64,000 nucleotides of DNA from an uncultured Verrucomicrobiae bacterium (GTDB lineage: Bacteria > Verrucomicrobiota > Verrucomicrobiia > Limisphaerales > UBA11358): NCBI GenBank assembly GCA_963738245.1, contig CAVTWB010000011.1, forward strand, positions 83,498-147,497, in the 5' to 3' direction. The notes under the pieces are model-generated. The model did no database searches, was not told where the DNA came from, and saw nothing but the letters and a program-made list of their open reading frames with translations. The translations under genes and the position numbers were made by a program. Of this stretch, positions 19,026 to 29,402 are shown in pieces. Each line of letters opens with the position of its first letter. Within the stretch, counting starts at the first letter, position 1.

Positions 19026-20748
19026 TCACAACTTCAAGCCGTCATCCGTCACCGCGCCGAGCGAGGCGCTCGTGACGTGGGCGGCGTATTTGGCCAGCAC
19101 GCCGCGCGTGTAGCGGGGCGCGGGCTTCTTCCACGCCTTGCGGCGGGCGGCCAGTTCCTTCGCTGGAATGGCCAGCGTCAGTTCCCGCTTCTCGGCGTCA
19201 ATGCGGATGGGGTCGCCGTTCTTCACCAGCGCAATCGTCCCGCCCACGTAAGCCTCCGGCGTGATGTGCCCGACCACGAAGCCGTGGCTGCCGCCGGAGA
19301 ACCGTCCGTCGGTGATGAGCGCCACGTCCTTGCCGAGGCCCTTGCCCATGATGGCGGAGGTCGGCGAGAGCATTTCCCTCATGCCGGGTCCGCCTTTCGG
19401 TCCTTCGTAGCGGATGACGATGACGTGGCCCTTCTTGACCGTGCCGTTGAGAATGGCTTTCATCGCCTTCTCCTCGGATTCAAACACGATGGCCTTGCCC
19501 TCGAAGTGCAATCCTTCCTTGCCGGAAATTTTCGCGACCGCGCCTTCGCTGGCGAGATTGCCGCGCAGGATGACCAGATGGCTGTCTTTCTTGATCGGAT
19601 TGTCGAAGCCGTGAATGATCGTCTGCGTGGCTCGGATACGGTTTCACGTCGGCGAGCGTCTCGGCCATCGTTTCGCCGGTGACGGTCAGCGCGTCGCCGT
19701 GCAAGCAGTTTTTTGTCGAGCAACATTTTCATCAGCGGCCGGATGCCGCCGATGGCGACGACTTCGGACATCAAATGTTTTCCGCTCGGCTTCAAGTCGG
19801 CGAGCACGGGCACGCGTTTGCCGATGCGCGTGAAATCGTCAATGGTCAGCTTCACCTTCGCCGCGTGCGCGATGGCGAGCAGATGCAGCACGGCATTCGT
19901 CGAGCCGCCGAGCGCGATGACCACGGTGATGGCGTTCTCAAACGCCTTCTTGGTGAGGATGTCGAGCGGCTTGATGCCCGAAATGCAGCATTTTCACGAC
20001 GGCGGCCCCGGCGGCGCGGCAGTCGTCCATCTTCGCGGGCGAAACGGCGTTTTGCGCGGAGCTGTTCGGCAAACTCATGCCCAGCGCTTCAATGGCGCTG
20101 GCCATCGTGTTGGCGGTATACATGCCGCCGCAGGAACCGGCGCCGGGAATGGCGCATTGTTCCACCGCTTTAAATTCCTCGTCGGAAATTTTGTGGTTCG
20201 CGTGCTGCGCCGATGGCTTCAAAAACGGAAACCACGTCGAGCTTGCGCTGCGCCGGATCGCCCGTGATGCAGCCGGGCAGAATCGTGCCGCCATAAACGA
20301 ACACAGCGGGGCGGTTCATGCGCGCGATGGCGATGAGCGAGCCGGGCATGTTCTTGTCGCAGCCGCCGATGGCCACGTAGCCGTCCATGCCGGCGCAGCC
20401 GACGACGGTTTCAATGGAGTCGGCAATGACCTCGCGCGAGACGAGCGAATACTTCATGCCTTCGCTGCCCATCGAAATGCCATCGGAAACGGTGATGGTG
20501 TTAAAAACGATCGCCTTGCCGCCGCCTTCGTTCACGCCCTTTTCGGATTCGAGCGCAAGCTTGTCAATGTGCATGTTGCACGGCGTGACATTGCTCCACG
20601 TCGAGGCGATGCCGATGATGGGCTTGGAAAAATCTTCCTCCTTAAAACCGACGGGATAAAGCATGGCGCGGGCGGCGGCGCGTTCGGGGCCGTCCACGAG
20701 AATGCTGGAAAAGGGGCGGAGGTTGATCGCGGACTTGTTCTTTTTCAT
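19026..20748 (-). pseudogene. ilvD: dihydroxy-acid dehydratase IlvD, broken by at least 4 frameshifts
   Basis: Collinear fragments: 20170..20748 ([29 protein letters not shown]..), 19938..20294 (..[20 protein letters not shown]..), 19460..19924 (..[18 protein letters not shown]..), 19480..19704 ([16 protein letters not shown]) and 19026..19511 (..[15 protein letters not shown]..). Confidence 0.9.
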
Positions 20749-20850
20749 CGGGAAAGGTTGCCGGAAAAAATACCGCGCGGCAAGTCGCGGGAGTTTGTTG
20801 CCGGTCTGAAGTGTTTTCGGCAGAACATCTGCAAACGCGCGCGCTTTTTG

Positions 20851-22002
20851 TCAAGAAACCGGCGCGCTCAATGCCCGCTCCGTTTTCAAGCGCAACTGGC
20901 CGCACGCGGCGTCTATGTCGCCGCCCTTTTCGCGGCGCAGCGTGGCCGGAACCCGCTGCTTCTCCAGCGCGGCCAGAAAACTTTCCTGAACTTTTTCGTC
21001 CGGCCGTTCCCATTGCAGGCCTTCGACCTTGTTGTAAGGAATCAAGTTCACCTTCGCGCGCAAGTGGCGGGCGAGCGCGCCGAGCGGCTGGGTCTGTTCG
21101 ATCCCATCATTCACGCCGGCGATCAAAATGTATTCGAACGTGATCATCCGGTCCTTTTGCCCCTGATAATATTCCAGCGCGGCGGTGAGTTCCTTGAGCG
21201 GATACTTGCGGTTGACGGGCATGATGCGCTGCCGGACTTCATCGGTCGCGCCGTGCAGGGAAATGGCGAGACGGAACTGTTCCGGTTCGTCCGCGAGCCG
21301 GCGAATTTGCGGGACAAGCCCGCTGGTGGAAATGGTGATTTTCCGCGCGCCGATGCCGCCGCCCCACGGCGCGTTCAGGATGCGCAACGCCTGGAGCAGA
21401 TTTTCGTAATTCGCCAGCGGCTCGCCCATGCCCATGATGACGAGATTATCAATCATCCTCTTGCTCATCGTCATTCTCGTTCTCGCATTTGGTTCTTCGC
21501 TGGAATTTGAGGATGAGAATGACGATGAGGATGATTCATTCCTATTCCACCGCTCAACCGCGAGAACCTGTTCAACGATTTCATTCGGCGCGAGATTACG
21601 TTTCCAGCCGTCGAGGCCGCTCGCGCAGAACTTGCAGCCGTAGGCGCAGCCGACCTGCGTGGATACGCAGAGCGTGTGCCGGTCGCTCGCGTCGCCGTAA
21701 AGCGCGGGATTGGCGGGAATCAAAACGCTTTCGATGAATGCGCCGTCGGCCAGCTTCCAGAGAAATTTCTGCGTGATGTCGCGCGCACCCTGCTTGCGGA
21801 CGAGTTCGAGCGTTTGCAGCGAATAATTTTCCTGCAACTGCCCGAGCAATTTTTTTGGCAGGTTGGTCATCGCGTCCCACGTCGTGGCGCGGCGGGCATA
21901 AAGCCATTCGAGCAACTGGGTGACGCGATAAGCCGGCTGCTCCCACAATGTGAATTGAGCTTCCAGTTCTTCGCGCGTCACTGATTTGATGTCAGTCAAC
22001 AC
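20851..22002 (-). CDS. rlmN: 23S rRNA/tRNA m2A methyltransferase RlmN (radical SAM)
   Basis: CVSTQVGCAYGCKFCASG radical-SAM cluster and GMGEPLANYENL. Contains an unusual Ser-rich insert. Confidence 0.9.
   Translation of the reverse strand: MLTDIKSVTREELEAQFTLWEQPAYRVTQLLEWLYARRATTWDAMTNLPKKLLGQLQENYSLQTLELVRKQGARDITQKFLWKLADGAFIESVLIPANPALYGDASDRHTLCVSTQVGCAYGCKFCASGLDGWKRNLAPNEIVEQVLAVERWNRNESSSSSFSSSNSSEEPNARTRMTMSKRMIDNLVIMGMGEPLANYENLLQALRILNAPWGGGIGARKITISTSGLVPQIRRLADEPEQFRLAISLHGATDEVRQRIMPVNRKYPLKELTAALEYYQGQKDRMITFEYILIAGVNDGIEQTQPLGALARHLRAKVNLIPYNKVEGLQWERPDEKVQESFLAALEKQRVPATLRREKGGDIDAACGQLRLKTERALSAPVS
21451..21536. repeat. imperfect inverted repeat inside rlmN (encodes the Ser-rich insert)
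   Basis: AATCATCCTC-ttgctc-ATCGTCATTCTC ... GAGAATGACGAT-GAGGATGATT, i.e. 10+12 bp arms. Confidence 0.5.
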
Positions 22003-22042
22003 GCCGGCAATTTAACCGTTGCGAACCGGAAAACCGAACTTT

Positions 22043-22777
22043 TTATCCGAAGCGTCTGAAGGAATTTTTTGCAACCGGGGGCTGGCCGGATATCACGGCA
22101 TCGCCGAACGGTCGGCCAGCACCAAGCGCGTTGTCGCGGCGGATTCGTCCGGCGGGAATGGAAACGTCGCCGTCGCGCAGGCGGGCGAGCATCTCAATTT
22201 TTTCCGCGCCGGTGGCCAGCCACAAAATTCGCCGCGAACGGTTAAGCAGCGGATACGTCAACGTCATGCGGCGGCGTTTTTGATAAATGCCGGTGAGCGC
22301 CACGTCGGCGTCGGTGATGTTCAAAACCGGATCGCCGGGAACCAGCGAAGCCGTATGTCCGTCCGGGCCAAGCCCCAAGTGCGCGAGATCCAGCACCGGC
22401 GGCGAGCCGGCGATTTTTTGCAGCGTGTCCGCATAATTTCCGGCGGCGGCGGACAAATCTTTTTCCTCCACCGGCATCGCATAAATTTGCTCCGGGCGCA
22501 GCGGCGCGTGCGACAACAGGCTTTCACGGAGGTGCGTGAGGTTGCGGTCCGGGTCGCCGGCCGGCGCGATGCGCTCGTCCACTTGAAACACATGGACGTT
22601 CGCCCACGGCATTTCTTCACTGGCCAGATTGCGGAGCATTTGCCACGGCGTCCTGCCGCCACTGACCGCCATGACGAACCGTCCGCGCGCCGCCACCGAC
22701 TCGCGGGCTTCGGCAGCGATTGTTTTTGCCGCGGCGGCGGCGACGGCATCGGCGTTGTCGAATAATTGAAATTTCAT
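22043..22777 (-). CDS. pgl: 6-phosphogluconolactonase
   Basis: From ATG 22777: MKFQLFDNADAV...GRFVMAVSGGRTPWQML...VHVFQVDERIAP. Confidence 0.85.
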   Translation of the reverse strand: MKFQLFDNADAVAAAAAKTIAAEARESVAARGRFVMAVSGGRTPWQMLRNLASEEMPWANVHVFQVDERIAPAGDPDRNLTHLRESLLSHAPLRPEQIYAMPVEEKDLSAAAGNYADTLQKIAGSPPVLDLAHLGLGPDGHTASLVPGDPVLNITDADVALTGIYQKRRRMTLTYPLLNRSRRILWLATGAEKIEMLARLRDGDVSIPAGRIRRDNALGAGRPFGDAVISGQPPVAKNSFRRFG

Positions 22778-22858
22778 TCCCTTATTTGGCAGGCTAGACC
22801 GGCCAAATCTCAAGCGCGGCTTTGAAGCGGAACATGGCGAAAACAATCAAAACGAAAC

Positions 22859-22946
22859 TGGCGGAGAGAGTGGGATTTGAACCCACGGTAGTGTTACCTA
22901 CGCACGCTTTCCAGGCGTGTGCCTTAAACCACTCAGCCATCTCTCC
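22859..22946 (-). tRNA. tRNA-Ser (anticodon GGA), CCA encoded
   Basis: The reverse complement reads GGAGAGATGGCTGAGTGGTTTAAGGCACACGCCTGGAAAGCGTG...GGGTTCAAATCCCACTCTCTCCGCCA. It has a long variable arm and anticodon loop CTGGAAA. Confidence 0.9.
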
Positions 22947-23162
22947 AGCCGATTTTACGCTGAACAATGATTGCCTGTTGAAACCTGCCGTTTGAAAGAA
23001 AGGCCGCAACAACATCAGGCATCTGTTTCTCATGAATATGGGTTCGGAGCAAGCTGATTCGCCGTTCGCACAAAATGCCGGAGGGTTCCCCACTTGCCGT
23101 GAAATTTCATGCGGTAAAGGGTTTTAAAGGGTTTAATTCCTGGCCGGCGCCTGCCTGCCCGT

Positions 23163-23570
23163 TCAGGCAGTCTTGTTTTCCGGCGGTTTTACAACCAGTG
23201 CCGCAAGCTTTTTTTCGGCGACCTCCACATCCGATAATTTTTGGGGCAGGGCTGGTTTTGGCTCCGGCTCCTCGCGCCCTGCCGGCGGCTGGACGGGTTC
23301 GACGGTCCGGCCAGCTTCGGGATAGGCCAGATGGATCAGCCATCGGGTGCGCAGCAGCCACACAGCCATGGCCAGAGTAAAACCCACCGGCAGAAAGGTG
23401 GAAACAATGTTGACCATGCTGGCACCCCGGAGCTGCGTCAGAGCCATGAAGATTTGCACGAACAAGTCCTTCAAGCCGAGGCAAAGGAAGAACAGTCCCA
23501 CCAGCCGGACGGCGAGCTGGAAGATCTCCCTGAAAATATTTTTTGGCTTCATGTTTCGGTTGTATTTCAA
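23163..23570 (-). CDS. small membrane protein with Pro/Glu-rich tail, unknown function
   Basis: ORF 23163..23570 with 2-3 TM helices. Start may be at 23552. Confidence 0.5.
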   Translation of the reverse strand: MKYNRNMKPKNIFREIFQLAVRLVGLFFLCLGLKDLFVQIFMALTQLRGASMVNIVSTFLPVGFTLAMAVWLLRTRWLIHLAYPEAGRTVEPVQPPAGREEPEPKPALPQKLSDVEVAEKKLAALVVKPPENKTA

Positions 23571-23712
23571 ATTTGATTGTCAGGCTGCCCGGATACTTTG
23601 ACAACGACGAACAAGCAGCCGCCCGCCGGTTTCGTCTGTTTTTCCGCGGCAATCACGAAAACATCGCGACATTGTTCTGCAAAGTCCTGCCCGCAAAGGC
23701 GGGCAAAATGAA

Positions 23713-25491
23713 TCAGGGTGCAATGTAAATTTCAAACACTGAAGTATAGGCTGGCGGGGTCGGAAACGGGGATGCTGCGCCACCACCTACCACATAGATG
23801 CGGTTGCCGCGCAGCACCGGGAAAATGCCGTGCCGGGCCGTGGGCATGGGCGTGCCCAACCGCCAGGTGTTGGATGCCACATTGTAAATGTCCACGCGGT
23901 TATAGACATTATTCACCGTTGCGCCGGTGCCGCCGCTGACCGTTTCGCCGCCCATGACATAAAAATCTCCGTTGTAATAAACGGCCTTGCCCATGCCGCC
24001 GCGCTCTTGTGGCAAAGGTGCCAGCGTCGAACCTGGATCTACGCTGGTTGACCAGGTGTTGCTCGCCGGATCGTAAATTTGCACCGTGGTATAACCAAGG
24101 GCGGGTGCATGATGATCGTCACGCCCGCCGAAGACGTAAAATTTGTTGCCATCCGTGCCCGAAGCGGCGTGGTTGATGCCGTTGGTGGTGGTGAAAGGCA
24201 ACGGCGGCAATGAGGCCCACGTATTTGCCACCGGATCATAGACCGCCGCCGCATTGGTGCTGACTCCAAGATTGCTGGTGCCAGAAATCACCCCCACCAG
24301 ACCGCCCGCAATGTATATTTTGCCGTTGATGAGTGCCGAGCAGCACGACCCCGCAGCATACGGAGCCGGCGCGCCGATGGACCAGCCGTTGGTGGACGGG
24401 TCGTAAACCTGCACCTGCCCGGAGGAATTGGCATCGAAGCCGCCGATAAGATACATCCGGCCGTTGAACACCTCCACCGCGTGATGATTTCCCGTGAAAG
24501 GCCGGTCGGGGTTCATAAAGCTCCATGTATTTGACACGATGTTGAAGACCATCATGGGCGAAGTATAGGTCGGAGCATAAGCGTTCGACATTCCGGTGAC
24601 GTAAAGATTGTTTCCCAGCCAGCCGCAGGACATTTCGGTCATGACAAGCGGCAAAGGCGGACCGGTTATCCACGAGTTCGGCACGCCGTTGTAGGCGGCC
24701 GTCAGTTGCATGAACTGGTTCGGCGCGGCTTTTACCGGCGCAGCCAAACGGAATTTTTCCGTCACCAGTCCGCCGTTGGTTGAAACCGGAATCGGCCCGG
24801 TCACGAGATTGGTTCCCGAAGACCAGGCCGTCAAATTGCTCGAAACATTGGCACCAAACAGCACATCAATCGCGGCGGCATTGCCCCGGAAGTTCAACGT
24901 CAGAAAATTGCTCGTCAGGATCGTGTCGGTGCCGGCCCAGGTGACATTGGTGTTGTCCGCCACCAGCGGCAGGAGGTTAAACGCATACTTGAGCAGGTTC
25001 ACCATTCCGTCGCCGACCGGGTTCGCCCCCAGGCCGCTCACGGCGGGATTGGTTAATTGCGCGGCGGTGAAGTTGGCAAGCTGCCATTGAACCCAGGGCG
25101 TGAGCGTCGTGTCGCTGTTGGTGTTGGAATAGCTCGAATTCCCCGCACCGTTGAAAGCGCACACCCGATAATAGTATTTGATTCCCGGGTTAAGATTTAT
25201 TGCCGCGTAGGCGGTAACATTGGCGGTCGTGTCGGCGATGACCGAGAACGAAATTCCGTCCAGCGACTGTTCGACCTGAAAACCGGTTTCATTGGAGGAA
25301 TTGTCATTCCAACCCAGAATGACCTCTTGAGAAGTGATCGCAGTGGCGACCAGTCCGCTGGGTGCCGCCGGCTGACCTAAACACATCATGCTGCCAACCA
25401 GCCAAATCATCGCCGTCGCCCACCAAGCAGGCCGGCCAGAAATAGCACTGCCGGTCCGAACCGGGCCGGTTATCCATTGTTTAATACCCAT
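23713..25491 (-). CDS. secreted Fn3 + Kelch-repeat beta-propeller protein
   Basis: Signal peptide. An Fn3-like segment (..ITSQEVILGWNDNSSNETGFQVEQS..YYYRVCAFN) is followed by repeated (V/I)YDPxxNxW Kelch signatures. Confidence 0.8.
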   Translation of the reverse strand: MGIKQWITGPVRTGSAISGRPAWWATAMIWLVGSMMCLGQPAAPSGLVATAITSQEVILGWNDNSSNETGFQVEQSLDGISFSVIADTTANVTAYAAINLNPGIKYYYRVCAFNGAGNSSYSNTNSDTTLTPWVQWQLANFTAAQLTNPAVSGLGANPVGDGMVNLLKYAFNLLPLVADNTNVTWAGTDTILTSNFLTLNFRGNAAAIDVLFGANVSSNLTAWSSGTNLVTGPIPVSTNGGLVTEKFRLAAPVKAAPNQFMQLTAAYNGVPNSWITGPPLPLVMTEMSCGWLGNNLYVTGMSNAYAPTYTSPMMVFNIVSNTWSFMNPDRPFTGNHHAVEVFNGRMYLIGGFDANSSGQVQVYDPSTNGWSIGAPAPYAAGSCCSALINGKIYIAGGLVGVISGTSNLGVSTNAAAVYDPVANTWASLPPLPFTTTNGINHAASGTDGNKFYVFGGRDDHHAPALGYTTVQIYDPASNTWSTSVDPGSTLAPLPQERGGMGKAVYYNGDFYVMGGETVSGGTGATVNNVYNRVDIYNVASNTWRLGTPMPTARHGIFPVLRGNRIYVVGGGAASPFPTPPAYTSVFEIYIAP

Positions 25492-25750
25492 AAGTTAACA
25501 TTCGCCAATTTATATGACAAAATCCGTTGCTGACGCCATGGGGTATTCACCCCATACAAATTCAAACAGCTTGTTCGCCCGGTCCGATTTTCCCTGAATC
25601 ACCGGGCGACGCACCAACTGGTTCCAAAGTCATCCTCCGCTTTGCTGTGCGGGACCACACCCGTCATTTTAACAAAATTAGAGGTTTTTTCAAGTCCGTC
25701 TTTGCTGTTGCCCAGTTGCCAGATGCGCCACAAACCTTTAACCTGATGCC

Positions 25751-26371
25751 GTGATTGCTCTTCTCGACTACGGCTCCGGCAACCTGCGCAGCGTCCACAA
25801 ATCGCTGCTCAAGGTCGGCGCGGAGGTTCGCATCGCCCGGTCGCCGCACCAAATCGGTGACGCGAGCGCGATGGTTTTACCCGGCGTCGGCGCATTCGAC
25901 GATTGCATAAACGCCATGCGCAAGCAGGAACTGCTCCAGGCCGCGCGCGATTTCATCCAGACCGGCAAACCGTTTCTCGGCATCTGTGTCGGCTACCAGG
26001 CGCTGTTTGAGCGGAGCGAGGAATTCAATTCCTGCGCCGCCGGACTTGGACTTTTCAAAGGCAGCGTCGTCCGCTTCACGGAAAAGCCCGGATTGAAAAT
26101 CCCGCAGATCGGCTGGAACCAGATTGAGATTGCGAAAACGGATTGCCCGCTGTTTCGCGGCATCGAAAATGGCAGCTATGTTTATTTCGTCCACAGCTTT
26201 TATCCGCAGCCGGTGGACAAATCCGTCATCGCGACGCGCACGGATTACGGCGACACCTTTGCGTCGTCCGTCTGGCGCGACAATGTTTATGCCACGCAAT
26301 TTCACCCGGAGAAAAGCCAGAAGGTCGGTCTGCAACTGCTGAAGAATTTTGCAGAACTGGCACACGATTAA
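25751..26371 (+). CDS. hisH: imidazole glycerol phosphate synthase glutaminase subunit HisH
   Basis: GTG start; MIALLDYGSGNLRSVHKSL...PFLGICVGYQALFE...QFHPEKS. Confidence 0.9.
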   Translation: MIALLDYGSGNLRSVHKSLLKVGAEVRIARSPHQIGDASAMVLPGVGAFDDCINAMRKQELLQAARDFIQTGKPFLGICVGYQALFERSEEFNSCAAGLGLFKGSVVRFTEKPGLKIPQIGWNQIEIAKTDCPLFRGIENGSYVYFVHSFYPQPVDKSVIATRTDYGDTFASSVWRDNVYATQFHPEKSQKVGLQLLKNFAELAHD

Positions 26372-26425
26372 AACAAACTGTAATTCTTGGAGAACAATTA
26401 ACATTAGAGCGAAACGATTGAACAT

Positions 26426-26653
26426 ATGAACAGCGTCTCCAGAATTTTAGTCGGGGGTTTTGGCGTGGTCATTCTATGCTATGCAGCACGAGGATTCATG
26501 ACTGGAAAAATCGTCATTGGAGGTGCGAGATTTCACCATGGATCAGAAGTGGTGCTTCGTGTCGAGCAACCAGACAAATATTGGATTTATATCGTTGTCT
26601 TTGTTATTGGTGGCGTCATTTTAATTTGGCAGGGATTGAGGAATAAATCATAA
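26426..26653 (+). CDS. small 2-TM protein, unknown function (low-GC islet)
   Basis: ORF 26426..26653. Confidence 0.45.
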   Translation: MNSVSRILVGGFGVVILCYAARGFMTGKIVIGGARFHHGSEVVLRVEQPDKYWIYIVVFVIGGVILIWQGLRNKS

Positions 26654-26783
26654 TGTGGTTTTCATTTTCTTAGCCCTAGGTATTTCACCTGATGGCAATC
26701 TGCTGTCCGCACTTGCAATTTATTCGCGGCTGGCGCAACTTGCACCCAGCAGTTTAGCTACAAACCAAAACCAAAGGAAAATT

Positions 26784-27398
26784 ATGGCACACGAACTCCC
26801 GCCCCTGCCCTATGACAAGGCCGCCCTCGAACCCCACTTCGACGCGTTGACGATGGAGATCCATCACGACCGCCATCACAAGGCGTATGTGGACAACCTC
26901 AACAAGGCCATCGCCGGCAACGCCGCGCTGGAAGCCAAGTCGCTCTGCGACCTGATCAAGGATCTCGCGTCAGTGCCGGACAACATCCGCGGCCCGGTCC
27001 GCAACAACGGCGGCGGCCACGCGAACCATTCGTTCTTCTGGAAAATCCTCGGCCCTAACGCCGGCGGCGCGCCCACCGGCAAGCTTGCGGACGACATCAA
27101 AGCCACGTTCGGCAGCTTCGACGATTTCAAGGCCAAGTTCGAGGCGGGCGGCATCGGCCGATTCGGCAGCGGCTGGGTCTGGCTCGTATCGAACAACGGC
27201 AAGCTGGAGATCGTCTCCACGGCCAACCAGGACAATCCCTGCATGGGCAAGGCCATCGCCGGTTGCGAAGGCAAGCCGGTGCTCGGCTGCGACGTCTGGG
27301 AACACGCGTATTACCTGAAATACCAGAACAAGCGCGCGGATTATTTGAAGGCGTTTTGGAACGTGGTGAACTGGACGGAAGTCGCGAAGAATTATTAA
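26784..27398 (+). CDS. sodA: Fe/Mn superoxide dismutase
   Basis: From ATG 26784: [18 protein letters not shown]...[10 protein letters not shown]...[19 protein letters not shown]. Confidence 0.92.
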   Translation: MAHELPPLPYDKAALEPHFDALTMEIHHDRHHKAYVDNLNKAIAGNAALEAKSLCDLIKDLASVPDNIRGPVRNNGGGHANHSFFWKILGPNAGGAPTGKLADDIKATFGSFDDFKAKFEAGGIGRFGSGWVWLVSNNGKLEIVSTANQDNPCMGKAIAGCEGKPVLGCDVWEHAYYLKYQNKRADYLKAFWNVVNWTEVAKNY

Positions 27399-27474
27399 GT
27401 CACCGTAGCAGCCGAGGTGACGAGGCTCAAAATTAATTAGAGTCTCCTTACGTCGTCTCCTGCATTTTAAAACC

Positions 27475-27520
27475 AAACGCGCCGATGGTCGAAGTTCGAC
27501 ATCGGCGCGTTTTTCGTTTT
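27475..27520 (+). terminator. rho-independent terminator after sod
   Basis: AAACGCGCCGATG..CATCGGCGCGTTT stem followed by TTTTCGTTTT. Confidence 0.75.
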
Positions 27521-27565
27521 ATGCAGGGACGCCGGCTCAACCAGCCCGGAACTTGACGGACCGTG

Positions 27566-29402
27566 TCAGTTAGTTTTTAACGCCGGGGCCGCGGCGAGGA
27601 GGGTGGCCAGGTCCGTGTCGGATTTGACCGTGAACTGGCGGATGTTGCCGTCGGTGCGGGCGATGAAGGTCATCGTGTCATCGGCGGAATATTCGGGGTG
27701 AAGGTTCGTGATGGAGTCGGTCACGGGATCCAGCGTCGTGGCGTTGTCGTTGTAATGCACCGCCGGTTTGCCGTCCACATAAAGCATGTTGCTGTCCCTG
27801 GTTTGGATGCCAAGCAGGTAGGCGAAGTTTCCGGTGCTGACCCAATAAACATGCTGGCTGTCCGGGCTGAAGAAGATGTGGTTGACCATGCCGGGTTTGG
27901 CGCAGATCAGCTTGCCATCCACCACCACGCCCTGCTGGCCGTTTCCGTTGATGAGATAGGCAAGGTGCTTGTCGTCCGGGCTGAAGACATAATTCCCCTG
28001 CATATAACCGGGCTGGGCGACGCCGTCGAGACACACCGTGCCGCCTCCGCTGATGTAGGCGTAATGCGTTCCCTGCGGGCTGAAGGTGAGCTGGCTGACG
28101 CGTTGACCGGCCCCGCTGCTGGTATCCTTGCCGTCCATGAGAACGTGCGGGGTATTATCCGGCGTGACAGCATAAGCGCCAATGCGATTGCCGACCGGGC
28201 TTAAAACGGGCATGAGCGTGTTGCCGTAGGGATTGGATTCATCGTCGTCGATGACCAGGAACTGGCGGCCGTTGGAGTTGGCCACATAGACGAACTTGGA
28301 GGAATCGGCGGTGAATCCCGGCACCGGCAGATTCAAGTTGCCAAAACTCGCAGTTGTTCCCCGTCCAGGTGACATATTGCCAGTGCATATTGCTGTCGTT
28401 GGCAACCTGCTGGGCGATGCTGGGGTATTCATCGCCTTTCTTTCCGTCAATGATCATGAATTTGGCGCCGGTCTTGGTGTCGCACAGTGCGGCGTAATGG
28501 TTGCCGTCCAAACTGAAATAAACCTTTTCAACGTTAAGCCCTTCGGTGCCGGCCACCTGTTTGCCGTTGACGACCAGAAAAGACAGGGCGTTCGGCTGTG
28601 GCGTGATGATCATGGCAATCTGCTTGCCATCGGGTGAAATTGTTATCTGCCGGAAAGAATTTGCCTTGATCTCCGGCTTGCCGTTCAGGAGCAAAATATT
28701 ATTTCCGTCCGGCGTGCGCATCGTGCTGACGAGATTGTTCTGCGCGGTGAATTGCACAATGTCACCGAAGAAATCGACCTGCTTTCCGTCCACGAATGCC
28801 CACGCGCCGGTGCCGTCGCGGTTGTAATTGATGTAGGCATAACGGCTGCCGTCGGGACTAAGCACGAGTTGCGGCAGCGTGCGCATCGCCGGGCCGGGCT
28901 TGCCATCCACCATGATGACATAATTTCCCTGCGCGTCGTCATCGCTCCAGAAAATGTGCTGGCCGTTGGCGGAAAAGGTGAGGTTGAGGCTGGAACCGAG
29001 GTTGTGGGTGTTGATGGGACCGCGCGCCAGTTCCTTGCCGTCAAGCATCACCACATATTCATCGCCCTGCTTGGCCATGTAGGCCCAGTGCGCGCTGTCC
29101 TTGGAGAAGATGACGGGGATGGGCATGTTGACCCACATGCTTTCCGCGCGGTATTGGTCGCCGGCGATGTTAAAGATCAGGTTGTCAATTTTGGGCCCGG
29201 CCACGCCGTCCATGAGGATCTGGTAATGGCTGCCCTTGGCGGCAAAGATCGCCATGTGATTTCCTTGGGGGCTGCGGGAGCCGCCGAAAAGCTGGCCGTC
29301 CGGCCCCAATGGCTGCTGGTTCACGGTGACATCCGCCAGCGCAGGGCCTGCGGCGCCGAGCAGCATTAGAAATGAAATGGTAAGAGATTTGCAGCGCCAC
29401 AT
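27566..29402 (-). pseudogene. secreted PD40/TolB-like beta-propeller repeat protein, one frameshift
   Basis: ORFs 28239..29402 (signal peptide, repeated SPDG..YA..VDGK units) and 27566..28450 (the same repeats) overlap in different frames. The switch lies near 28330-28380. Confidence 0.7.

Noticed and set aside
20077-21510. 477-aa plus-strand ORF spanning the ilvD/rlmN region
   Set aside because: Antisense to two recognisable genes and crosses their intergenic gap. No motifs. GC-driven artefact.
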